Shown: positions 38,847-49,443, counted from the stretch's first letter. The stretch: DNA of 64,000 nucleotides from Polyangia bacterium (GCA_050287845.1 JBNKCR010000017.1:64001-128000), one strand, 5' to 3'. Made by a program: numbers and translations. The notes: generated from the letters alone by a model not told the origin.

Positions 38847-39650
38847 TTATTTCTTCAAACCGAGAACGTCGGCCATGGTGTATTGGCCCACCGCTGCCTT
38901 GGCGATGAATGCGGCGGTCCGGACAGCGCCCTCGGCGAACAGTGCGCGGGTATGGGCCACATGTCCCAATTCCAGTCGTTCATTCTGGCCGATGAAATAC
39001 ACAGTGTGTTCGCCGAAAATGCCACCCCCCCGGAGTGCATGCACACCGATTTCAGATGGGGAACGCGCACCGGTCAATCCTTCCCGGCCATAAATACAGC
39101 GGCCGTCTTCTTTCATGCCGAGAATGCTGTCCGCCAGAATCTGGGCGGTGCCGCTGGGTGCATCCACTTTTTTGTTGTGGTGTTTTTCAACAATCTCGAT
39201 GTCATAGTCACTTCCCAGAATGGACGCCGCCTGTTTGACCAGCGAGGACAAAACCGCCACGCCCACGCTGAAATTTTTGGAATGAATCACGGGAATATGC
39301 GCGGCTGCCCGGGTAATTTTCTGCAGGGTGGCGTCGTTGACGCCGGTGATGCCGCAGACCAGTGGTTTTTTCAGTTGGACAGCCACATCAATCACCTGGT
39401 CCGCTGCCGTTGCCAGACTGACGTCCAGGATGACATCACAGGAAGCGGCGGCGGTCTGTAAATCAGCCACCACCGGAACGCCGAGCGCGCCGGTCTGCGC
39501 CAGCTCACCGATGTCTTTACCCAGAAGTGGAGACCCGTCGTATTCCACCGCTGCGCCAATCCGGGTGTGGGGATGGGCCACGGCGGCTCTGGTAATTTCC
39601 TTTCCCATTCTGCCTGCTGCGCCCACAAGGGCGATTTTTATTTCTGACAT
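38847..39650 (-). CDS. dapB: 4-hydroxy-tetrahydrodipicolinate reductase
   Basis: GAAGRMG, NFSVG, EKHHNKKVDAPSGTA, GEHTV. Confidence 0.96.
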   Translation of the reverse strand: MSEIKIALVGAAGRMGKEITRAAVAHPHTRIGAAVEYDGSPLLGKDIGELAQTGALGVPVVADLQTAAASCDVILDVSLATAADQVIDVAVQLKKPLVCGITGVNDATLQKITRAAAHIPVIHSKNFSVGVAVLSSLVKQAASILGSDYDIEIVEKHHNKKVDAPSGTAQILADSILGMKEDGRCIYGREGLTGARSPSEIGVHALRGGGIFGEHTVYFIGQNERLELGHVAHTRALFAEGAVRTAAFIAKAAVGQYTMADVLGLKK

Positions 39651-39791
39651 GATGATATACCTCTTTTTATACTCATTTTTCTGTCCCGGTCGGGTCGGTG
39701 TCCGGCCAGGATATCGGCTATAATGCGGATGACAGCATACTGGTTATGTATGTAAATACAAGAGCAGACCGTATATGGGTGATGGCATGAA

Positions 39792-42020
39792 ATGAACGAT
39801 GTTTTAAAAAAAACCGGCGCAAAACCCGTTGCGGTCAGCTTCGGGTTTTTCCTGGGACTGTTCGCCACCCTGTCGCAGGTTCTCGTGATGCGGGAGTTTC
39901 TGGCCCTGCCGGGGATTGGCGAATTGTCCATGGGGATGGTGCTGTTTTCCTGGCTCTGTTTCATCAGCGTGGGCGCATTTCTCGGTAAACGTATCGCCTT
40001 GTCGTCGGGGGTCATGTCGGGGGTGTCCCTGCTGGCCATGGTGATGTTGCCGGGCTGTCTGCTGGTGGTCCGATTTTACGGGAACATTTTCGGAATTGTG
40101 CTGGGTGCACCGCCTGAACTCGAAGTTTTTATGGCGTTGTGCGTGTTGTCGACCCTGCCCGCCGGTGTACTGTCCGGATTCTTTTTTACCGGATTCACAG
40201 AATTGCCGGCGTCCAAATCCCTTGCGGCAATTCATTTTCTCTATCTGGGAGAAGGTGCGGGCGCGGCCGTGGCAGGACCCCTGTATGCGTTTGTTCTGTC
40301 GGAGACCGTCTCGCCCCTGGTGGCCATGGGGTTCTGTGGTGTTTTTCTTTCGTTGGCGATGGGTATCGGGCAACGGAATTCACCCCGAATTGTCCGCGCA
40401 ATGATACCGGTGGTGGCGGTATCGGGGTGCGTCGGGTTATTTCTGTGTCACGCCGATGACGCTTCCTTCCGCCATGCATTTGAATCGCAGGCGGCCCGGG
40501 GAGAATATCTCGGATGTACCGATACCCATTATCACCGCCTCTGCATGGGCCGTCTTCACGGGCAGTTTCAACTGTATCGGGACGGGCAGATGGCCTATGT
40601 GTTTCCCGAACCCTTTGATCGGCCGGGACCGGTTCATCTGGCACTGGCGCAGCACCCCCATCCCCGTCGGGTGCTCCTGTTGGGGGGGGGCATTGCCAAT
40701 CGGCTCGCTGCGGCGCTGCGGCATCATCCGAAGTCCCTGCACTACCTTGAATTTGACCCCGGCGAGCTGTCGTTCGTGGCGCCGCGTCTGGATGCTGCCA
40801 CCCAGCGGTCGGCCAGTCATCCGGCCGTGCGGATTCACTCGGGATATAATCGGTCGTTTCTGGCGGCCCATCCCGGGCAATTCGATGTGATTGTGCAATT
40901 CACCGCCTCTCCCCTGACCGCTGCTGAAAATGGGGACCACACCGTGGAATTTTACCGGGCAGTGAATCAGGCGCTGGCGCCGGGGGGCGTGTTTACCGTC
41001 GTATCCCGGGGCAGCGCCAACGTGGCGTCGCCACCGGCGGCCGCGCTGGTGGCGGGCAAGGCGCGTACCCTTCGGCAGGTGTTTTCGGATGTGATTCCCG
41101 TTGTGGATGTGGAGACGTACTTCTTTGCCGGCAATGGGGCAACGCTCACAACGGATGCCCGAATACTTGCCGGGCGGCTGAACGCCATTGATCCCCAACT
41201 GGTGTATGCATCGAGAGTTGCCGACATCTTTGCACCGTTGCGGCTGGCCCGGAGCCGTCAATTGATTGCTGCGTCTGCCGGTGATGTGAACCGGGATGCG
41301 CATCCCCGCACGTTTCTTCATACCCTGGATTTGCAGCGATGGATTCGTCAGTCGGCGGTGGGAGCGGCGACCATGGCGAAAGCCGATTGGCGTTCCGATT
41401 CCACCGACCGCACCCGGCACTGGGGGGCGGTGGTGTCCGCGGGATTGCTGGTGCTGGCAGGACTGTTGTCCGTGATCCGGCGTCACCGACGATTGCCGAC
41501 AGAAGCCATTTCCGTGGCCACCACGGGAATGTGCGGTCTGGGGTTGGAAGTGATTCTGATTTACTGGTATTCGGTGACCCATGGCGGGGTGTATCACCAC
41601 ATTGCGTGGCTTCTGTCGGAATTCATGTTCGGGCTGGCCGTCGGGGCTTTTATCGGCCATCACTTCGGAAAACGACGCGGCATGTGTCTGGTGGCGGACC
41701 TGTCCGTGGTTCTGGTGTTGCTCGCAACCTCGCTGGCGGTTTCAGGGGTTGCTGCCTTTCCGTTGCCCACCGCCCCGTTGATGATTCTGGCAGGCAGCGC
41801 TACCGGATTTGCCTTTCCCGTGTTTCTGGACCGGATCTTTGCCGCGAAGCACCATCGGGCGGTCCCGTTGATGGTGGCGGCAGACCACCTCGGGGCAGCG
41901 GCCGGTGCACTGCTGGTTTCCGTTGTCTGGCTCCCCTGGTTTGGACTGAACTGGACATGTGTTCTGTTGTTGATCTTCAAAGTTCCGCTCTTGATTAAAT
42001 ATTTGATCCAAAAATGTTAA
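39792..42020 (+). CDS. Multi-pass membrane protein with central spermidine-synthase-like SAM-binding fold
   Basis: About 7 N-terminal and 6-7 C-terminal TM helices around QHPHPRRVLLLGGG...LEFDP...FDVIV...EFYR..L.PGG. Confidence 0.78.
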   Translation: MNDVLKKTGAKPVAVSFGFFLGLFATLSQVLVMREFLALPGIGELSMGMVLFSWLCFISVGAFLGKRIALSSGVMSGVSLLAMVMLPGCLLVVRFYGNIFGIVLGAPPELEVFMALCVLSTLPAGVLSGFFFTGFTELPASKSLAAIHFLYLGEGAGAAVAGPLYAFVLSETVSPLVAMGFCGVFLSLAMGIGQRNSPRIVRAMIPVVAVSGCVGLFLCHADDASFRHAFESQAARGEYLGCTDTHYHRLCMGRLHGQFQLYRDGQMAYVFPEPFDRPGPVHLALAQHPHPRRVLLLGGGIANRLAAALRHHPKSLHYLEFDPGELSFVAPRLDAATQRSASHPAVRIHSGYNRSFLAAHPGQFDVIVQFTASPLTAAENGDHTVEFYRAVNQALAPGGVFTVVSRGSANVASPPAAALVAGKARTLRQVFSDVIPVVDVETYFFAGNGATLTTDARILAGRLNAIDPQLVYASRVADIFAPLRLARSRQLIAASAGDVNRDAHPRTFLHTLDLQRWIRQSAVGAATMAKADWRSDSTDRTRHWGAVVSAGLLVLAGLLSVIRRHRRLPTEAISVATTGMCGLGLEVILIYWYSVTHGGVYHHIAWLLSEFMFGLAVGAFIGHHFGKRRGMCLVADLSVVLVLLATSLAVSGVAAFPLPTAPLMILAGSATGFAFPVFLDRIFAAKHHRAVPLMVAADHLGAAAGALLVSVVWLPWFGLNWTCVLLLIFKVPLLIKYLIQKC

Positions 42021-42140
42021 ACTAACGTTTAATTGGCAACAGTTACACTGTATTTTCTTTTTTTTCTATGCTACAACCCGCAGATTAGTTATTTATATTG
42101 ACCGCAAATTGACATTTTTTTTTGGGGTAAGGAGCAAGAT

Positions 42141-42773
42141 ATGAAGCGGATTACCGTTGTTTGTTTGGCAGTTTTATCAGTGTTGTTCGTCTTTTCGGCA
42201 TGTGGCGAAGAGCAGAGCGCCAGCGTGCAAGTGACCCAGATGAGCGGTTATAAACCGAATCTGCCGCCAGTTCCCAGTATTCCAAAACCATCCGTTCCGG
42301 AAACCTATTCAGATGGCTCCTACTCGGTGTATGGTTTGCGCAAGAACGTGGGTAAAACCATGGGGACTCAGGTTGAGGTCACCGCTTATATCGTGAAGAT
42401 ATATGAAAAGCCCGAATGCGCGGAAGGCCAGACCTGTCACGTGATGATGCCGCACCTTTATCTTGCGGATGAACAGGGTGAAAAGCTGACCAAACGTCAT
42501 ATTCGTCTGGTGGGATTTGCCCAGAGCTTCAAGGAAATGGAAGAGGAAAAAGAGCGCGCGCTGAAAGGCCAGGCACCTGAGGAATTGCCCGAAGGCGTGT
42601 ATCTGCCCCCAGTGGTCTGGGATTGGCGTGAAGGCCACAAATACAAGATTAAAGCCGCTTTCGTAAATCGTTCCAGTGCCGGTTTCATGGATACCGATGG
42701 TCTTCTGGAATACAAAGGTCACGAATGTCTGGACTGCCCGGCGGAAGAAGAAACCGGCAAGAAAAAACGCTGA
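42141..42773 (+). CDS. Hypothetical lipoprotein
   Basis: Lipobox FSAC; RBS AAGGAG. Confidence 0.7.
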   Translation: MKRITVVCLAVLSVLFVFSACGEEQSASVQVTQMSGYKPNLPPVPSIPKPSVPETYSDGSYSVYGLRKNVGKTMGTQVEVTAYIVKIYEKPECAEGQTCHVMMPHLYLADEQGEKLTKRHIRLVGFAQSFKEMEEEKERALKGQAPEELPEGVYLPPVVWDWREGHKYKIKAAFVNRSSAGFMDTDGLLEYKGHECLDCPAEEETGKKKR

Positions 42774-43022
42774 CCCGATTCCCTCTCCCTCTGCCCCAAT
42801 CTCTTCTGGTCGCAATTCCCGTAACATACAGTTGGTGCTCATAGATGGTGCATGTATCACTTTACCGGTTTCCGGTTTCTGCGCTCCGGAGAATGGATCA
42901 CCGGGTCAGTCCGAGAAGGATAGACCCAATCAATGGTCCAGCGAGATTGTTCAGGGTTTTTTTGATTCGGCAGGACAGGGGTGCGCTTCAGCTTTGAACG
43001 ACTGAAGTTCAGTCTGGAACGG

Positions 43023-43589
43023 TCATTTCACCCGTTCAATGAATCGGCCATCCCGGGTATCCACTCTGATTTTCACCCCGGATTCCAGGTACGGGGGCAC
43101 CTGCACCACCAGCCCTGTTTCCAGGGTGGCGGGTTTTAACTGGGCCTGTGCCGTGGCGCCTTTGAGGTTCGGGGTGGTATCCACCACTTCAAGTTCAACC
43201 GTGTTGGGTAATTCGATGCTGACCACTTCACCATTGAACAGCATGGAGCGCATCTTCATTCCGTCGAGCATGTATCCGGAGAGATCGCCAATCCCTTCTT
43301 CGGACAGAGAGAACTGATCGTAGGTTTCCTCGTCCATGAAGTGAAATTCTGCGCCATCCCTGTAGAGATACTGTACTTCCCGCTTTTCGCAGTCGGCTTC
43401 GGCAAGCATTTCCCCGCCCCGCCATGACTTTTTAAGTACCGCCCCCGTAATCAGATTTTTTATTTTCGCCTTGGTCAGTGTACTGGCGCCGCGCGCTGAA
43501 GGCGCCTGAAACGACACTTCGGTGACCAGCCACGGGGCAGCGTCGAGTTCCAGGATAAGTCCTTTTTTCAGATTGCTTGAATTGATCAT
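43023..43589 (-). CDS. yeiP: Elongation factor P-like protein (EfpL/YeiP-type Arg loop)
   Basis: EF-P fold (QYLY.DG..FHFMD.ETY.Q, KPATLETG..VQVP, VDTR); tip loop APSARGA rather than PGKG. Confidence 0.8.
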   Translation of the reverse strand: MINSSNLKKGLILELDAAPWLVTEVSFQAPSARGASTLTKAKIKNLITGAVLKKSWRGGEMLAEADCEKREVQYLYRDGAEFHFMDEETYDQFSLSEEGIGDLSGYMLDGMKMRSMLFNGEVVSIELPNTVELEVVDTTPNLKGATAQAQLKPATLETGLVVQVPPYLESGVKIRVDTRDGRFIERVK

Positions 43590-43918
43590 GTAAACTCTTT
43601 TCCGTAAAGATACCCGATGTATCCACTCCGGACCGCTGAACAATGATTCGGCCCATGGGCGCATTGTATAGCTCTGAATCCGGTGGTTTGTCAATTCCAG
43701 CTGTCGCCGTATCCCGGGTAGTGAATGCTGCGTTTCTGTTCAGCCGGTGAGCGTGTTTCTGCGAAATATGTCCAGTATTACCGGTAGAAATATCATAAAT
43801 TCCACTTTTATTCCTTGCACATCACCCCAGCGGTTCCATAGCTATAGGCAGTTTCACACAATAATAATGTGGCCATATGATTTCGCGTTTTGCGAAACGT
43901 AACAGCAAGGAGCATGAA

Positions 43919-44758
43919 ATGAAACAATTCAAATGTTCTGTTCTGATTTGTTGTTGCATGGTGCTGGGGGGCATCACCGGCTGCGGTTTGCTGGATCGCA
44001 GTTCTCCGGAGGAGTCAGACCAGAATGCAACATCTGCAAAAATGGTGAAAGGTGAAGTCATCACCGAAGAGGATGCGATTCAGATTCGCGATAAAGCGGA
44101 AGAGGACGCCGAGGGAGCAAAAGAGGTCGCCGATGGGGTGAATAAAATGGCGGCGTGTACCTATGAAGCGGCCCAGGCGGTGGCCCGTGCCTACCTGCTC
44201 TCCATGCCGGTGAAAGACGAAACCATTTCTCTGAGGGTTACCGAAGAGAGTCCCCTGAGCAAGTTTGTTGCGGACAACAAGGCACTCTTTGTGAAGGATG
44301 GCCCAGCCATCAGGTGTATTGCAGCACTGGGAGAGCAAATTACCGCGCTGGGTGAACAGTCATATGGCAGCAGTAATTCCATGCATCGGACAATCATGGG
44401 CAGGTGGGGCGGAAAATCCCCGGAGGCTGCGGCCAATGCGGCCGTTGCAGTGCAGAGTCACGGCGCCAGTATGTATCAGATGGGCGTGGAGATGCGCTGG
44501 CTGTCCAATGTGCTGCCGTCAATTGTCGATGGCCATTACGAGGCGTTCAACCGGGCGGATTCACCGTTGCGCCATCACCTGGACAATATTCGGGAGAAAA
44601 ACGATGTCTCTGATGCCGCCATTCGTCCAGCCATCACCACTGAAATGGAAGATGTGCTGAACGATACCCTCAATCAGTATGGACCGACGCTGGAAGACGA
44701 AATTGTGACCCTGGCGGGAACCCTGCCGACGACGAGCGCCGAATCAGCTGACGAATAA
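43919..44758 (+). CDS. Hypothetical helical lipoprotein
   Basis: Lipobox ITGC; RBS AAGGAG. Confidence 0.65.
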   Translation: MKQFKCSVLICCCMVLGGITGCGLLDRSSPEESDQNATSAKMVKGEVITEEDAIQIRDKAEEDAEGAKEVADGVNKMAACTYEAAQAVARAYLLSMPVKDETISLRVTEESPLSKFVADNKALFVKDGPAIRCIAALGEQITALGEQSYGSSNSMHRTIMGRWGGKSPEAAANAAVAVQSHGASMYQMGVEMRWLSNVLPSIVDGHYEAFNRADSPLRHHLDNIREKNDVSDAAIRPAITTEMEDVLNDTLNQYGPTLEDEIVTLAGTLPTTSAESADE

Positions 44759-46483
44759 ACGGGCAATGTCCATGATCACTGCCCAGACCATGAGCATGAT
44801 GGTCATAATGGCGCCGGTGACCAGGATGCGTTCCTGAATTCTGGTGGATAGACGGCGGCGCATGACTACCTCGGCAACAATTAAAAACAGCCGTCCCCCA
44901 TCGAGAATGGGAATGGGGAGCAGCAGGTTCATCAGGCCGAGATTGAGACTGACAAATCCCATGAATCCGAAAAAGGCGCTGGGGCCTTCCTGCCCGACCT
45001 GCGCGGCGGCGTGTCCGATTCCAATGGGGCCGCTGAACGCTTTGGGAGAGATATTTCCGGTTACCACGGATTTGAGTACATCAATAATCACTTCAGACCA
45101 GAACAGGGTCTGGCTGACGGACATGCGAAGGGCGTAGGCGCTTTTGTGCAGATTGGGAATGGGTTTTGGGCTGATCCCGAACCATTCCGTTGAATACGGC
45201 CGGATATGAAATCCGGGGTCGATGAGGTCATCTTCGACGCCCAGGTCTTTTTTATTGCCGGCGCCAACGAAATCTGCCCGGTATTCGGCCCGGTAAATTT
45301 TCCCCTCGCGCTGCCAGGACAGGGTGTGGGCTCTGGCATTGGTACCATCTTCGTTGACCTCAAGAATGCGGGACATGATTTCCCAGGAATTCAGCTTGTG
45401 GTTGTCAATGGCAATCAGTTCATCTCCCTGGCGCAGGCCAATTTTATCTGCCGGACCTCCCGGTGTCACGTTGAGCACGAATGCGTCGGCACTGCCGATA
45501 CCAATATCGGCAAGAGATTTGAAATCGGCAGGAACGGTATAGTTGATCGTTTGTACATTGGCTTCAAATGCGGAGGGTTGCTTCCTGATGTCAATTCCGG
45601 CAGCTTCTCTGGCATTGGGAAAAAGGGACGATGGGAGATTTCGTTTCAGCCTCGAAAAGCGGATGGCCACGGTCTGGCCGCGGACCTGCCGGAACGCGTT
45701 TTCGACATCGATGAGCTTTTCCACATCCCTGTTGTCAATGGCGGTGATTTTATCAAACGTCCGCAGTCCGGAAGGCGCGCCATCGTGACCCCGCTGAACC
45801 GAAATCACGGTGTTCGGATAAATGCCAATGATGCCAATCTGGCCCCGGATGGTTTCGATGTGGCGAAGAAAAGGAATGTGATATTTGGGAATCTGTTTTG
45901 CTTCCGGTGTAATGGGAACGGAAATGGTCCGGCCGTCCCGCTTCACCAGCAATGTAATGGGCTGGTTGGCTTTGTCCTGAATGAGTTCCACCATGTGGTT
46001 GAAACTGAAGACCGGCGCATTGTCGATGGCGATTACTTCGTCTCCGGACAGTAAACCGGCTTTCTCCGCGGGGCTGTTCTGTACAACCACGCCGATTTCA
46101 GCCGGTGGCAGCTCTTCCTGTCCCAGCGCGAGAAAGAAATAGAGAAACAGGGGAAAAATCAGATTCATGGCCGGTCCGGCGACATAAATGATAATTTTCT
46201 TCCAGGGCGCGATGCCCTGGATGGAGCGGCCCAGTTCCCCGGCACTGGTTTCTTCCCCCGGGTCTTCGCCGAGCATTCGCACATATCCGCCGATGGGGAC
46301 GGCACTGATGCGATAATCGGTATCACCCTTCCGGAAGCCGAAGAGTCTGGGTCCCATCCCCAGAGAAAAAACGTGAACTTTTACGCCGAACAGTTTGGCA
46401 AAGATGAAATGACCACCTTCGTGAATAAAAATCAGGATGCCGACGAGTAAGAGGAAATAGAAAATACCTGTGAAAACACTCAT
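44744..46483 (-). CDS. rseP: RIP metalloprotease RseP (M50 with PDZ domains)
   Basis: IHEGGH, FSLGMGP, PIGGYVRM, AGPAMN, PDZ repeats (SPAEKAGL..GD; GPADKIGL..GD), NLLLPIPILDGG. Confidence 0.92.
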   Translation of the reverse strand: MSVFTGIFYFLLLVGILIFIHEGGHFIFAKLFGVKVHVFSLGMGPRLFGFRKGDTDYRISAVPIGGYVRMLGEDPGEETSAGELGRSIQGIAPWKKIIIYVAGPAMNLIFPLFLYFFLALGQEELPPAEIGVVVQNSPAEKAGLLSGDEVIAIDNAPVFSFNHMVELIQDKANQPITLLVKRDGRTISVPITPEAKQIPKYHIPFLRHIETIRGQIGIIGIYPNTVISVQRGHDGAPSGLRTFDKITAIDNRDVEKLIDVENAFRQVRGQTVAIRFSRLKRNLPSSLFPNAREAAGIDIRKQPSAFEANVQTINYTVPADFKSLADIGIGSADAFVLNVTPGGPADKIGLRQGDELIAIDNHKLNSWEIMSRILEVNEDGTNARAHTLSWQREGKIYRAEYRADFVGAGNKKDLGVEDDLIDPGFHIRPYSTEWFGISPKPIPNLHKSAYALRMSVSQTLFWSEVIIDVLKSVVTGNISPKAFSGPIGIGHAAAQVGQEGPSAFFGFMGFVSLNLGLMNLLLPIPILDGGRLFLIVAEVVMRRRLSTRIQERILVTGAIMTIMLMVWAVIMDIARLFVS

Positions 46484-46840
46484 GGCGATACAGTAACACA
46501 CCTTCAGGGCCCTGCAATACGCTATTCGGCCCGGATGACCTTTGGGTTCAGTCGCAAAAGTGGAGACAACGGGCAAAATCGGATGGCATGCCTTTGGGGA
46601 AGGCAAACACACGGACGATGGAATATTCTGATATTTATGAATAATTTCAACCTTGTCCCCATATGACGGGATCCGGGTCGAATTTTAATGAAAACAGGGT
46701 CTTTTTATTTCAAAGAGGATAACGATGATGTATTGTGCTCCACATGGTTTGATGTTGCCTGTTATTGGTTACTTGAATGTTGTTAAAAAAAGTAACTGTC
46801 AAACCGAACAAATTACTGATAGAAGACTGAACACTCATTT

Positions 46841-48130
46841 ATGGCAAAACGAGAAAAATACAAAGTCATTCGGAAACTTGATGCAGGCGGGATGGCCGAA
46901 GTTTATGAAGCGGTTGCCGAAGGTATCGAGGGATTCGAAAAGAAGGTTGCCATAAAGCGTGTTCTGCCGCATCTGGCAGAGAACAAGAAGTTCATCGCCA
47001 TGTTTCTCGACGAGGCGCGTATCAGTCTGCACCTGAGTCACGCGAATGTGGTGAACGTTTTCGATATTGGACAGGCAGGCGGCACATATTTCATTGTCAT
47101 GGAATATGTGGACGGCACCAACCTGAAGCATCTGATGAAGAAGCTGAAGGAACGCAAGCACATACTGCCTATCGAACAGTCCATTTACATCATCATGGAA
47201 GCATGCCGCGGTCTGGCGTATGCCCACAGTATGCGAGACAGCAGGGGAAACAGTCTCAATATCGTGCATCGGGACGTATCCCCGCCGAATATTCTGATTT
47301 CCAATCAGGGCGAGGTGAAAATCGTCGACTTCGGTTTGGCCAAGGCCACCAGTCAACTGGAAAAGACCGATCCCGGCGTGGTGAAAGGCAAGTATGCTTA
47401 CCTGTCTCCCGAAGCGGCTACGGGCAGACCCGTGGACTGGCGCATGGATATTTTCTGTTGCGGCATCGTGCTGTACGAGCTTCTGACCGGTCAGCGACTT
47501 TTCCTCGGGGATAGCGATGTCCAGACCATCCGGAACGTCCGGGAGGCAAATGTCCCTTCCATGCAGCAGTTCAATCCGAATATTCCGCTGGAGCTGGAGA
47601 ATATTGTTCGTACGGCGTTGGCCAGGGATCCGGCGCAACGGTTTCAGTCCTGTGATGATTTTGCCGAATCGCTGGCAAATTTTCTGTTCACATTCCAATT
47701 GAAGGTAACCGGGTTCGACATTCGACGATCTGTGGAGCGAGTCATCGGCGATCCCCGCGGAGCCATGAATAAACAGGCAATCATCAATAAGTTCATCCAG
47801 GAAGAAATTGCGGTGTTTGCCTCCCTTGATAAAGAAATAACGTTGCGAACTGATTTGCCCTCCAGAGGGGTGAGCCCGCCGGGGGGACCGCTGGATGTAT
47901 CCGGGGTGAGCAGTCCGATGGGCAGCTTACCCCCGGATAGGCGCAGAGATTCGAATCATCAGATTCCTCAGATGTATTCGCCCGGGGGGATGCAGCCACA
48001 GCTGCCACAGGACGATTATGAGGACGATGGTTCGGAGGATCGCCAGAATTTCTTTGTGGGACTGGCGGTTACCCTTGCAGTGGTCACCATCATTCTCGCA
48101 GTTGCCTGGGCATTGGGCTGGATTCCATAG
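46841..48130 (+). CDS. Hanks-type Ser/Thr protein kinase with C-terminal TM anchor
   Basis: AGGMAEVY, VAIK, HRDVSPPN, DFG, GKYAYLSPE; terminal hydrophobic helix. Confidence 0.95.
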   Translation: MAKREKYKVIRKLDAGGMAEVYEAVAEGIEGFEKKVAIKRVLPHLAENKKFIAMFLDEARISLHLSHANVVNVFDIGQAGGTYFIVMEYVDGTNLKHLMKKLKERKHILPIEQSIYIIMEACRGLAYAHSMRDSRGNSLNIVHRDVSPPNILISNQGEVKIVDFGLAKATSQLEKTDPGVVKGKYAYLSPEAATGRPVDWRMDIFCCGIVLYELLTGQRLFLGDSDVQTIRNVREANVPSMQQFNPNIPLELENIVRTALARDPAQRFQSCDDFAESLANFLFTFQLKVTGFDIRRSVERVIGDPRGAMNKQAIINKFIQEEIAVFASLDKEITLRTDLPSRGVSPPGGPLDVSGVSSPMGSLPPDRRRDSNHQIPQMYSPGGMQPQLPQDDYEDDGSEDRQNFFVGLAVTLAVVTIILAVAWALGWIP

Positions 48131-48229
48131 GCAAGTTTTTGGATATACATACAAAACCGTGTTATACGTATATCGTTATCACTTGAAATCGTCTTTTCGG
48201 ATTTTATCCGGAAGTGAGCGAGGTTATGA

Positions 48230-49009
48230 ATGGGTAATGTTCTGAAAGTGGCTGGGTTGAGCGATGTAGGTCGCGAACGGGATCATAATGAGGATTGTTT
48301 CGGTATGTTTCCGGAGTTCAATCTCTTTGTTGTTGCGGATGGCATGGGGGGGCATCGCGCGGGTGATGTGGCTTCCAGAATCGCCGTGGATTCCATCGGG
48401 GAATTTTTTGTGGCCACTTCACGGGACGACATTACATGGCCGTTTCAGTTTGATCCGAACTCCCCAACTTCCGTCAATCGCTTCGTGACCTCCATTCAGG
48501 TGGGAAACAGCAAAATTTTCAGGGAGTCCAGCGAAAGCGAAGATCATCAGGGGATGGGCACCACGGTGGTGGGGGTGATGGGCATCGAAGAAAACTCGGC
48601 GATGCATGTGGCCCATGTGGGGGATTCAAGATGTTATCGCATCAGAGGCGGTGAGATTTCGGCGGTAACGCTGGATCATTCCCTGATCAACGATTATTTG
48701 CGGGCAGCGCCGGATTTGACTGAAGAACAGCTGGCGGAGCTGCCCACCAATGTGATTACCCGAGCGCTGGGAATGCAGGACAAAGTGCTGGTGGACGTAC
48801 AGACCATCTCCGTGGAAAACGGCGATATTATGCTGCTGTGTTCCGACGGACTCAATGGCATGCTTCGGGATTCTGAAATTCTCGAAATCGTTGAAAAGCA
48901 TCGCGCAGATCTCGATGAAGCAGCCAGGGCACTGGTGGATGCGGCCAATGAGCAGGGCGGTGAGGACAACATCACAGTGATTCTGGTGGAAGTGGCTCCG
49001 GAATCCTGA
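48230..49009 (+). CDS. PP2C-family (Stp1/PrpC-like) Ser/Thr phosphatase
   Basis: GRERDHNED, VADGMGGH, MGTT, HVGDSR, LCSDG, GGEDNIT. Confidence 0.95.
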   Translation: MGNVLKVAGLSDVGRERDHNEDCFGMFPEFNLFVVADGMGGHRAGDVASRIAVDSIGEFFVATSRDDITWPFQFDPNSPTSVNRFVTSIQVGNSKIFRESSESEDHQGMGTTVVGVMGIEENSAMHVAHVGDSRCYRIRGGEISAVTLDHSLINDYLRAAPDLTEEQLAELPTNVITRALGMQDKVLVDVQTISVENGDIMLLCSDGLNGMLRDSEILEIVEKHRADLDEAARALVDAANEQGGEDNITVILVEVAPES

Positions 49010-49018
49010 TTGGTCAAA

Positions 49019-49417
49019 ATGAAATTCACGATCATACCGGTTGTTTTCTTTCTCGTATTGGGGTGTGCGATTGCCGAAGGTCCGAGACAGAAGCTGGATC
49101 GCGGCGTATTTCAGTTTCACGAGGGGCTTCGCTGGGGCCGGCAGAGTGATGTACTGCCCGTGGTGGATGAGCAGGCCCGTGACCATTTTGAGAAGATGCA
49201 TGCCGGATGGGGAACCGATATTCAGATATCTTCCGCCGATGTGATACAGATGGTATACGATGATAAAAATCGTAAAGCCGTGGTGAGCGTTCGCTTTTCG
49301 TGGTTTCGAAAGAAGGAATTGGACGTCTACGAAACGGTCACCCGCCAGAATTGGGAGTACCGCACGGGAAAATGGTGGCTGGTGGCTGAAGAGCACTTCT
49401 CCGGTCAGCCATTCTGA
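49019..49417 (+). CDS. Small lipoprotein (possibly NTF2-like fold)
   Basis: Lipobox VLGC; 9 bp downstream of the phosphatase. Confidence 0.6.
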   Translation: MKFTIIPVVFFLVLGCAIAEGPRQKLDRGVFQFHEGLRWGRQSDVLPVVDEQARDHFEKMHAGWGTDIQISSADVIQMVYDDKNRKAVVSVRFSWFRKKELDVYETVTRQNWEYRTGKWWLVAEEHFSGQPF

Positions 49418-49443
49418 ATCCGCCGGTTGCGCGTTTCATTTCA

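Noticed and set aside
42774..43022. Possible ncRNA in the 250-bp gap between convergent genes (hairpins GGGTC..GACCC and GACTGAA-G-TTCAGTC at 43000-43014)
   Set aside because: Short hairpins are adequately explained as terminators or chance; no known RNA motif recognised
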